Positions 29,551 through 37,994 of a stretch of DNA of 64,000 nt are shown piece by piece (the first letter of the stretch is position 1; the number at the start of each line of letters is the position of its first letter). The DNA is from a candidate division FCPU426 bacterium (GTDB taxonomy: Bacteria; Oederibacteriota; Muellerivitia; Muellerivitales; Muellerivitaceae), in assembly GCA_963771075.1 (NCBI GenBank), contig CAVYSE010000024.1, positions 64,001 through 128,000 on the forward strand. Direction: 5' to 3'. The position numbers and the translations under genes were made by a program. The notes below the pieces were generated by a model that was given only the letters and a program-made list of their open reading frames with translations, made no database searches and was not told the DNA's origin.

Positions 29551-31617
29551 ATGTCTGGAGTAACCAGTTTGGAACACGAAGAAATTCAGAAAAAAAAGGC
29601 ACTTCTTTTTACGACCATTAGCCGCTTGATTCCGACAACGGAAGTTCTTAGGAAAAAAACTCTCGAAAAACTAATTGAACTAACTCTTTTTTCGATTTAC
29701 CCACGAGCGGGCGACGCTAAAAAAATTGGTTCTTTGATAAATAAGGAATGCGGGTTCGTTTTACCGCCAACTATTGTTCAAGAAATATTGGATGGATTGG
29801 CAGAGGGGGAAAGAGTAAAAAAAGATTCGGAAAAATATTATTTATTCAAAGAAGTATTTGAAGAAATAGAGGCGGGACAAACGGGCGCGGAAAAAAGATA
29901 CCAAAGTGTAATAAAAAGAATTTTTAAGGTTCGCGACTCCGGAGATTTAGAAAAATATTATTTACCATTTTTAGAATATATCTCTTTGGTATTCTCAAAA
30001 TTGGCCGACGAATACGTAAAGATATTAAAGGGCGAAATATCGCAAAGTGATTTTGTTTCTTCTGGATTCATAATTGATTCAATCAAAGTAATCCTGAAAA
30101 GTTATTCGTCGGTTGACAAGGAAATATTTTCTAACGGTATTTATGTTTTTTTGAAAACGACGCCCGACCCCGATTTTGATTTAATAAAATGGTACACATC
30201 TCAAAATTATTATTTGGCAAAATCAATTGGCCTTGATCCGGCGGGTTATATATTAAGTGAAGAGATTTTTAAAAACGGTTCATTTTATTTAGACACAAAT
30301 GTTCTCGTTGCGGCAATTGAAGGCAAACACAGACACCATGACTCAATCACAATTCTTATGAAAAAAGCTAAACAGTTGAACATCGATATTTATGTTTCTG
30401 AAGCAACGAAAAGCGAATTGCTCCACACTGTAAATGATCAGAAGAAATTACTGGAAAAAGTAATAGATAATATCCCTTTGGAATTACACCATAGGATGAG
30501 ATCGGATTTTTTGGAAAAATACGATGAGCTTAAAAACCATAATCCTGACGCAAAAATTGATGAAGTTTTTAAAGACTATGAAGATTTGAACAATACATTT
30601 GAAAAACTGAATATCAAAGTTGTTGATGATGAATGGTTTGACCGAGAAAAAGATTCTCCTTCCACTGGTATGTTGGCGGATTATTTAAAAACGAAGTATA
30701 AAAAAATGAGAAGCAAAGAAAAAGAATCACTTCCTGCTTTTCACGACGCCTTAATGTTGAGGTGGATACATGAAATTGAGCAAAAGGATCGGAGGACGTG
30801 GTTCATCACACTTGACACTACATTGCCTGGCCCATTAGGGGAGATAAAGACCGAATACTCCATCGCGATAACCTTGGATGCCATTCTCCAATATTTTGCC
30901 CCGATGGCGGGTGAGACTGATGATTTTCAAAAAATCTTTAGTAATCTTGTTAAAAACAGACTTCTCCCTGAAGAAAGAATGTTTGATTTAAAAGATTTTT
31001 TAATCTTTGACCAACTGGGAATTCAGACCAAAACATTGCCGATTGATGATGTTGAGGGGTGTTTAATAGATTTAAAAGGAAAATTTTCTAATACGGATTT
31101 GAGCAACCCTGTCATCAAACGAAATATGGATTATGAAGTTGCAAGGTATTTTACTGACCCCAGCAGAAAATTTAACCTGGAAGTAATGAGGTTAGAAGGA
31201 GAGTTGAAAAATACAAAAAATATGACTGCAGAGGAAATCGATAGATTGAAAACGGAATTAAGCGAGAAGTTATTGGAAAAAGATAAAATTCACCAATCAA
31301 TCGCGTCAGAGTTGAATATTAAAATAAGCCAACTTACAACAACGGGTGAAACCGAAAAATTGAAACATGAAGGGCAGCTTAGAGGATTAGTCTTGGCTAT
31401 GTTGCTGGTGGCTATGGAATTCGGAATGTTTAAACTTTCTCAGGTTTACGGGGATGGTGATAATTGGTTTCAAAAAATGTTAGCTTCGTGGGAGGGATTT
31501 GGAATTACTGGAGTTCTTTGGATTTTCATTTGTTACTTTTTAATCGGGAAAAAAAGGTTTGTGGCTATGGGTTGGCCATTCACCGAAATTTTTAAAATAA
31601 AAGATTTATCTGAATAG
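29551..31617 (+). CDS. Large PIN-like domain protein with coiled coil and two C-terminal TM helices
   Basis: FYLDTNVL, HDALML, FITLD; helical tail; two hydrophobic segments. Confidence 0.65.
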   Translation: MSGVTSLEHEEIQKKKALLFTTISRLIPTTEVLRKKTLEKLIELTLFSIYPRAGDAKKIGSLINKECGFVLPPTIVQEILDGLAEGERVKKDSEKYYLFKEVFEEIEAGQTGAEKRYQSVIKRIFKVRDSGDLEKYYLPFLEYISLVFSKLADEYVKILKGEISQSDFVSSGFIIDSIKVILKSYSSVDKEIFSNGIYVFLKTTPDPDFDLIKWYTSQNYYLAKSIGLDPAGYILSEEIFKNGSFYLDTNVLVAAIEGKHRHHDSITILMKKAKQLNIDIYVSEATKSELLHTVNDQKKLLEKVIDNIPLELHHRMRSDFLEKYDELKNHNPDAKIDEVFKDYEDLNNTFEKLNIKVVDDEWFDREKDSPSTGMLADYLKTKYKKMRSKEKESLPAFHDALMLRWIHEIEQKDRRTWFITLDTTLPGPLGEIKTEYSIAITLDAILQYFAPMAGETDDFQKIFSNLVKNRLLPEERMFDLKDFLIFDQLGIQTKTLPIDDVEGCLIDLKGKFSNTDLSNPVIKRNMDYEVARYFTDPSRKFNLEVMRLEGELKNTKNMTAEEIDRLKTELSEKLLEKDKIHQSIASELNIKISQLTTTGETEKLKHEGQLRGLVLAMLLVAMEFGMFKLSQVYGDGDNWFQKMLASWEGFGITGVLWIFICYFLIGKKRFVAMGWPFTEIFKIKDLSE

Positions 31618-31783
31618 TAATCATTCGGATGTGTTTCGGGTTTTATTTGGCTTTTGATTCAGACGTTAATAAACTGTTGTTCCGAATCAATGCTGACTAA
31701 ATTCCATGTCTTTTTAAAAACTTTCTCATTTAACAACCAAGCTAAACCCTTGGAAGCATATCTCAAACTTCTTTTGAAAAATA

Positions 31784-32257
31784 TTACCCCCTTACAAATT
31801 TATGGGTCCATTTCATTTCGTTCATTGAATCTGCATTTATAACCAACGTTAAACTTATTATTCCGCCGGGGCCTAGAAAAATTTTTTCTTGGAAAGTTGA
31901 TCCTGATTCTAATCTAGCCGGGATGGAAATTCTTTCTTTTATTTGTTTTTGGGTTTGTTCTGCGCAATTTGTGTCAAATACGAAATCGATTTTTAAATTT
32001 GTAACCGGGACTTCACCGACATTTTTTATTTCAAATCCGGGTAGTGTGAATTCGTAATGATCTGTTTTCTCGGCTTTGACATAAGTCAGAGTCAGTTTCG
32101 GTTTTTTTAATTTTTCTTCGGTTGAATTTCTTCGCTCATCCTCTACTTTCCATCTTTGTCTATTTGCCCACTCACGATACCCTGCCAATAGAAAACTAAG
32201 AATTCCCAGTGCAATGCCCCACCAACCTGAAGGGCCCGGAGAATATGGTTCGGGCAT
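31784..32257 (-). CDS. Hypothetical membrane-anchored protein
   Basis: N-terminal TM, beta-rich IKNVGEVPVTNL domain, GGAG RBS. Confidence 0.6.
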   Translation of the reverse strand: MPEPYSPGPSGWWGIALGILSFLLAGYREWANRQRWKVEDERRNSTEEKLKKPKLTLTYVKAEKTDHYEFTLPGFEIKNVGEVPVTNLKIDFVFDTNCAEQTQKQIKERISIPARLESGSTFQEKIFLGPGGIISLTLVINADSMNEMKWTHKFVRG

Positions 32258-32559
32258 TTCATACTCCTTGCGTTATTAAAAAATACTACATTTCTTATTA
32301 TCTCATGAAGTTAGTTTGTTTCCTCATTTACCGACCAGCCTTAGCCCTAGGGGGCTTGCCCTCGGACGTAAAAGCACGTCCGGGTCACCAGGCCTCGGAT
32401 GCTGTCACTTTGTTTTCGCACTCCGTCGGAAAACTCGAAAACATTTAATGGGCCGATAGTCCGCAGGGCTACCTATCGTCCCCAAATCCATTGGCCGCCC
32501 CCCTCCTCGATTGAGGGGGCGGCCTTCCAGCCGCGCTCAATAAAAGCGGAGGTAGGAAG

Positions 32560-33051
32560 ATGGAAACAAACAGAGCGAAAAAAGAAGAATTGAAATTCGA
32601 GTTAAGGGTGTTACCGCCTCCAACGGTTCCCCCGACAACATGGGCCGAAGCGAGGGCAGACTACAAAAGGGGGCCGGTGGTTTCAGGCCCAGAGGATGCC
32701 ATTGCCTACTTCCAACAATACATAGGCGGGAAGCCCAAGGAAGCTTTCTTGGCCATGTTCATTGACCACAGAAACCACGTTCTCGATTGCGTTTTGATGC
32801 AGGAGGGGACGGTTGACCATACGGCAGTTTACCCAAGGGAAATTCTCAAGAAGGCTTTGGACTTGAACGCAACTGGGCTCATCTTTTCTCATAACCACCC
32901 AGCAGGTAGCCTGGAACCCTCCGAGGGGGACAAGGCTTTGACCCGACAAATCCTGACTGCCTCTAGGGCCTTAGGCATTACCGTCCATGACCACATCATC
33001 GTAGCCCACGAGGGCCACTTTTCATTCCGGCAAGCCGGGCTTCTGGTTTGA
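32560..33051 (+). CDS. radC: RadC-like JAB domain protein
   Basis: E..., VYPREI, HNHPAG...PSEGD, HDHIIV; short MGE-type form. Confidence 0.9.
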   Translation: METNRAKKEELKFELRVLPPPTVPPTTWAEARADYKRGPVVSGPEDAIAYFQQYIGGKPKEAFLAMFIDHRNHVLDCVLMQEGTVDHTAVYPREILKKALDLNATGLIFSHNHPAGSLEPSEGDKALTRQILTASRALGITVHDHIIVAHEGHFSFRQAGLLV

Positions 33052-33062
33052 GGGGGTTAGGT

Positions 33063-33245
33063 ATGAAATTCCTAAGAGAAGCCGTTACTTGCTTTCATGG
33101 GTGGGATGAGGAAAGGGAGTGGAGGCCTTGCCCCTCCTGTGGAGGATATTGCCCAAGCTGTGGGAGGTGGGGAATGGTCCTCGATTGGCAAACGGGGAAT
33201 TGCTTGGAATGCCAGGAGGTATTCGACTCGGACTACCAGGGATAA
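33063..33245 (+). CDS. Small Cys-rich protein
   Basis: CPSC, CPSC and CLEC motifs downstream of radC. Confidence 0.5.
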   Translation: MKFLREAVTCFHGWDEEREWRPCPSCGGYCPSCGRWGMVLDWQTGNCLECQEVFDSDYQG

Positions 33246-33389
33246 AAATCCAACAAAAATCAGGCCCTGTCCCCAGGGCCTTTTTACGTCCGGCAGGGAA
33301 GGGGGTGATCCCTCCCCTGCACCCCACCCCTGTTTAATAACGAAAGAAGCATCGAATAAAAATCACATCTGATAAAATGTCACAACAAT

Positions 33390-35477
33390 ATGAGCAAAAA
33401 TATAAAACCAAAATTAATTACGATTGATGAGACTTCGAAGCATTTAGACGAGGTCAAGGAGTTGGGGAGAAAAAATTCCTCTACATTAGGGTTTTTCCCC
33501 GATGGGGCATTTTTGGACCATGCCCATAAAAAAAGAATTTTAGGTGTAACAATTGGAGATGAATTTGCAGGTTATTTGCTTTACAGAGTTTCTAAAAATT
33601 CAGTAAAAATTGTCCATTTGTGCATCAAAGAGAGATTTCGTGGAAAGAATTTGTCTAAGGTACTCATTGACCATCTGAAGGAAGAAACATCAATGTTTCG
33701 AGGAATTAGCCTTAGATGTCGTCGGGATTTTCCTGCGAACAAAATGTGGCCCAAATTAGGTTTTACGGCTGTTAGCGAAAAAGCAGGCCGCAGTTTTGAA
33801 CAAAAGACACTAACCTTTTGGTGGCTCGATCATGGTCATCCAAATTTGTTCACATTCTCTGTTCAAAAGCAAGCAGAAACAAAATGGACGGCGGTCATTG
33901 ATGCGAATATCTTTTTCGACTTGTTTAGCGACGAAAGCGAAGAATCGAAAGCGCTGTTAGCAGATTGGCTTAAGGATGATTTGGAATTGTGTGTAGCTCC
34001 TGAAATTTTTAACGATATTGATCGTTCGGAAAATTCCGAAAATAGAAAAAAGATGAAGGAAGCGGCTAAAAACTTTTCTACCCTACCAGTCTCCAATGAT
34101 TTAATAACCGAGACTCAAAAAAACCTTAAAAAATATTTCCCAAAAGATTTAACAGATAGCGACCATTCAGATATAAACCACCTTAGTCAAGCAATTTGCT
34201 CGGATGCTGATTTTTTTGTTACTAGAGATCAAGTTCTATTGGATAACGCATTAAAAATAAAAGAAGAGTTTCCAATAGAAATTGTTCGTCCGTCAGATTT
34301 AATCATTAAGCTGGACGAACTTTTACACTTGAAAAATTATTACCCTTCGCGCTTGGCTGGAACGAGCTTGAGCACAAAAAGCATTACAAGCGGAGAACAG
34401 GATTCAGTCTTCGGTGAGTTTAGAAACCCAATAGGGGGAGAAACAAAAAGCGATTTTCTACAAAAGCTTAGGAAATATTTAGCAGATCCGCAGACCTTTA
34501 GGTGTTCAATCGTCCAGGATGGCTTAAAACCTTTAGCCTTTTTTGTTTTAGACAGATCCGAAAAAAATAAACTAATAATTCGGTTTTTGAGATGCAAACA
34601 AAACAATCTTTCTTTGACTCTGTTGCGCCATCTTTTGTTTCATTTTTTGAAAATTTGCGTGAATGAAAAACGGGCTTGTCTTGTGATTTCGGACAACCAT
34701 TTATCGGGGTATGTCGAAAGAGAGTTGTTGAAAGATAAGTTCATAAAGCATGGACCCGATTGGCACAAGTTTCTCTTTGACTTTATCGGCGATCATAAAC
34801 AGATAAATAATAAATTGAAAACTCTCATCTCTTCTGGGGTGATTGATCGAAAAATATTTAAGGATCACATCTCTGTTTTGAAAAGAAAAAATATTTTCAA
34901 AGATAATCGGTCGATAAATGAGCTCCAAAAATTATTTTGGCCATTAAAAATTGAGAGTAAAGACTCCAACATTTATTTGGTACCCATTAGGCCGAGATGG
35001 GCCAAGGATTTATTTGACGAAAATATCGCTAGTGAAGATCTCTTTGGCGCCAAAAAGGAATTGGCTCTAAGTCGAGAGCAAGTTTATTATCGCTCTGCTC
35101 GGCCTTCGGGGATTAAAGCTCCTGGTGGCATTTTGTGGTACGTGAGTGAAGACAAAGGCTATAGTGGCACAAGTTGCATAAGGGCATTTTCAATTCTTGA
35201 TTCTGTGGAAATTTCAAAGCCCAAAGACCTTTTTAAAAAATATGAAAGACTTGGGATTTACAGTTGGAAAGATGTTTTTAAAACTGCGAAAGCAAATATT
35301 GGGAATGATATTATGGCCATTAAATTTTCTGAAACAGAGCTTTTTAAAAACCCCATCTCGATGAAAGATCTTTCAAAAATTCTTTCGCGAAGGGGCAAAG
35401 GGCTTCTGTTACAGTCACCACTTAAAGTTACGAACGATGTCTTTTTGGAAATTTATAAACTAGGGTGTGGAGAATGA
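33390..35477 (+). CDS. GNAT acetyltransferase-PIN fusion with PUA/EVE-like C-terminus
   Basis: HLCIKERFRGKNLS..ANKMWPKLGF (GNAT); VIDANIF, D..HL, FVTRD (PIN); VPIRPRWA..LF, VYYRS, ILWYVS tail. Confidence 0.75.
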   Translation: MSKNIKPKLITIDETSKHLDEVKELGRKNSSTLGFFPDGAFLDHAHKKRILGVTIGDEFAGYLLYRVSKNSVKIVHLCIKERFRGKNLSKVLIDHLKEETSMFRGISLRCRRDFPANKMWPKLGFTAVSEKAGRSFEQKTLTFWWLDHGHPNLFTFSVQKQAETKWTAVIDANIFFDLFSDESEESKALLADWLKDDLELCVAPEIFNDIDRSENSENRKKMKEAAKNFSTLPVSNDLITETQKNLKKYFPKDLTDSDHSDINHLSQAICSDADFFVTRDQVLLDNALKIKEEFPIEIVRPSDLIIKLDELLHLKNYYPSRLAGTSLSTKSITSGEQDSVFGEFRNPIGGETKSDFLQKLRKYLADPQTFRCSIVQDGLKPLAFFVLDRSEKNKLIIRFLRCKQNNLSLTLLRHLLFHFLKICVNEKRACLVISDNHLSGYVERELLKDKFIKHGPDWHKFLFDFIGDHKQINNKLKTLISSGVIDRKIFKDHISVLKRKNIFKDNRSINELQKLFWPLKIESKDSNIYLVPIRPRWAKDLFDENIASEDLFGAKKELALSREQVYYRSARPSGIKAPGGILWYVSEDKGYSGTSCIRAFSILDSVEISKPKDLFKKYERLGIYSWKDVFKTAKANIGNDIMAIKFSETELFKNPISMKDLSKILSRRGKGLLLQSPLKVTNDVFLEIYKLGCGE

Positions 35478-35968
35478 TCAGCAAGGCAAGTAAAGAAAAA
35501 GTTCTGCTCTTATCCATAAAGCCAGAGTATGCGAACAAAATATTTTCTGGCGAAAAGACAGTAGAACTGAGGAGGACAAAGCCGAATCTTAAAAGAGGGG
35601 ACATCGTGGCAGTTTATGTTTCGTCTCCAATAATGGCTTTGTCAGGGCAATTTGAAGTTGATGAAGTATTGGAACGGAAACCGGAAAAATTATGGTCGGA
35701 AGTAGGAGAAGAGTCGGGGATAAAGAAAAATGAGTTTGAAAATTATTATCGCGGTGCTGAAATTGGCTTTGGTATAAAAATTAAAAAGGTAGTAAATTTT
35801 AAACGCCCTGTCCCACTGTCCAACTTGAGAAAAACCTGGACCGGATTTAATCCCCCCCAAATTTATAGATATTTGCCCCAAGGTGAATACAACCAAGTGC
35901 TTTCATGGAGAAATATTTTTCCGTTTAAAATTCGACGAGTTGGAAATTACTTAACTACGTTCTTTTAA
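35474..35968 (+). CDS. ASCH domain protein
   Basis: LLSIKPEYANKIFSGEKTVELRR, PPQ.YRY; ATGA coupling. Confidence 0.88.
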   Translation: MISKASKEKVLLLSIKPEYANKIFSGEKTVELRRTKPNLKRGDIVAVYVSSPIMALSGQFEVDEVLERKPEKLWSEVGEESGIKKNEFENYYRGAEIGFGIKIKKVVNFKRPVPLSNLRKTWTGFNPPQIYRYLPQGEYNQVLSWRNIFPFKIRRVGNYLTTFF

Positions 35969-35990
35969 ATAATTGAAAAAAAGGGAATAA

Positions 35991-37994
35991 ATGGCCGAAC
36001 TAATTTGGGATGGGAAATATAAAGACGGGAAAAAAGTAGCCCCTGTCCGCATTGCCTTGCCTTTTCAAACCATTGAAACCGTAAACGAAAGCACTCAAGA
36101 CCGCCAAAAATCGCTTGATATGTTTTCGAGTGGCAGGGATTCAAACTGGAAAAATCGCCTGATTTGGGGTGATAAAAAATATGTCCTCCCATCCCTTCTC
36201 GAAGAATTTGCTGGCAAGATAAATCTCATTTATATCGATCCACCTTTTAATGTTGGAGCCGATTTTTCATTTGAAGCGACAATACCTGATGAGCCTGAAT
36301 CTGAAAACGAAGAAGTAACAACCTTTGAAAAGACTCCTAATGTTATTGAAATGAAGGCATATCGAGACACTTGGGGTAAAGGCCTTGATTCATATTGTCA
36401 GTGGTTTTACGAGACGGTTCTTATGCTTCAGGAGTTATTAAGCGAAAAAGGGATGATATTCGTCCATTTGGATTGGCATGTGAGCTATTACGCAAAGGCA
36501 ATTTTAGATGAGGTTTTTGGAGAAGATAAGTTTGTGAACGAAGTAGTTTGGAAAAGACAAACTGCAAAAGGGGACGTGGCACAAGGTTCTCAACATATGG
36601 GTCGAATTCACGAGAGTATTTTCGTTTATTCAAAATCACCAAGCTACACATGGAATATGGAATATACCCCATATGAACAAAAGTATATCGATTCTTTTTA
36701 CCGTTATAAAGAATCTGATGGAAGACGGTATCAACTAAGTGATGTAACTGCCCCAGGCAAAGGAAAGGCATCAAAAGGAAATCCATCGTATGAATTTTTA
36801 GGCGTAACTAGATATTGGCGTTTCTCGAAGGAAAATATGAACGAGCTATATAAGCAAGGGAAAATCGTTCAAACGTCGCCGGGCACTGTTCCACGTCAAA
36901 AAAGATATCTGGACGAAATGCAGGGAGTTCCTCTTCAAGATATTTGGTTGGATGTTCAACACGTTCAAGCCCAATCAACCGAAGGTTTGGGGTACGACAC
37001 ACAAAAACCAGAAATTCTTTTAGAACGTATTGTTAAACTTGCAAGCAATGAAGAAGACATAGTTTTGGACTGTTTTGCAGGAAGTGGGACAACCGCAGCG
37101 GTTGCTGAAAAACTTAAGAGGCGATGGATTACGTGTGACCTGGGCCGTTATTCAATTCATACGGCCCGAAAACGACTTCTTTCTATTCCAGGAGTAAACC
37201 CGTTTGTAATTCAAAACCTTGGAAAGTATGAAAGGCAAGCTTGGCAAATTGCTGAATTTCCTGAACTGGATAAGCAAGTCGAAAAAGAATTAAAATATCG
37301 GAAATTCATTTTGAACTTATACAAAGCAGAACCTATGACGGGGTTCACTTGGCTTCATGGGACCAAGAAAGACCGAATGATTCATGTGGGGGCGGTGGAT
37401 TCCCCGGTTACACTGGCTGATGTAAAAGCAATTGCAGCTGAAACCTGGAAAGCAGTTGGTAAAGGTAAAGATTCCCCCAAAAAAGCTGCGGTGGACATCC
37501 TTGGGTGGGACTTCGCTTTGGAAGTGAATGAAATCTCTAAGCAGATAGCCGCCGAATCCGGGGTGGAAGTTCATTTCAAAGTCATTCCTCGTGAAGTTCT
37601 TGAGAAAAAAGCCGTTGAACAAGGCGATATCAAGTTTTTTGAATTGGCTTCCTTGGCCGTGGATATCAAAGCAACCGGGTTAGAAGTGACAGCCAGTCTT
37701 AAAGATTTTGTCATTCCTCCTAATGATGTTCCTGCGGAAATTCAAAAAGAAATCAAACATTATTCTCAGTGGGTAGATTATTGGGCGATTGATTGGGATT
37801 ACAAAAGTGACACCTTCCACAACGAATGGCAAAGCTACCGCTCCCGCCAAAACCAAGACCTCGAACTCACCACCAATCACACTTACGAAACGCCGGGGGA
37901 ATACCAAGTGGTGGTGAAGGTGATTGATATTCTTGGCAACGATACAACTAAACTTTTAAAGATCAAGGTAGCGGATGCCAAAAAGAAAAAGTAA
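35991..37994 (+). CDS. Type III R-M DNA methyltransferase (Mod)
   Basis: IYIDPPF precedes TQKPE..LDCFAGSGTT (beta class). Confidence 0.9.
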   Translation: MAELIWDGKYKDGKKVAPVRIALPFQTIETVNESTQDRQKSLDMFSSGRDSNWKNRLIWGDKKYVLPSLLEEFAGKINLIYIDPPFNVGADFSFEATIPDEPESENEEVTTFEKTPNVIEMKAYRDTWGKGLDSYCQWFYETVLMLQELLSEKGMIFVHLDWHVSYYAKAILDEVFGEDKFVNEVVWKRQTAKGDVAQGSQHMGRIHESIFVYSKSPSYTWNMEYTPYEQKYIDSFYRYKESDGRRYQLSDVTAPGKGKASKGNPSYEFLGVTRYWRFSKENMNELYKQGKIVQTSPGTVPRQKRYLDEMQGVPLQDIWLDVQHVQAQSTEGLGYDTQKPEILLERIVKLASNEEDIVLDCFAGSGTTAAVAEKLKRRWITCDLGRYSIHTARKRLLSIPGVNPFVIQNLGKYERQAWQIAEFPELDKQVEKELKYRKFILNLYKAEPMTGFTWLHGTKKDRMIHVGAVDSPVTLADVKAIAAETWKAVGKGKDSPKKAAVDILGWDFALEVNEISKQIAAESGVEVHFKVIPREVLEKKAVEQGDIKFFELASLAVDIKATGLEVTASLKDFVIPPNDVPAEIQKEIKHYSQWVDYWAIDWDYKSDTFHNEWQSYRSRQNQDLELTTNHTYETPGEYQVVVKVIDILGNDTTKLLKIKVADAKKKK

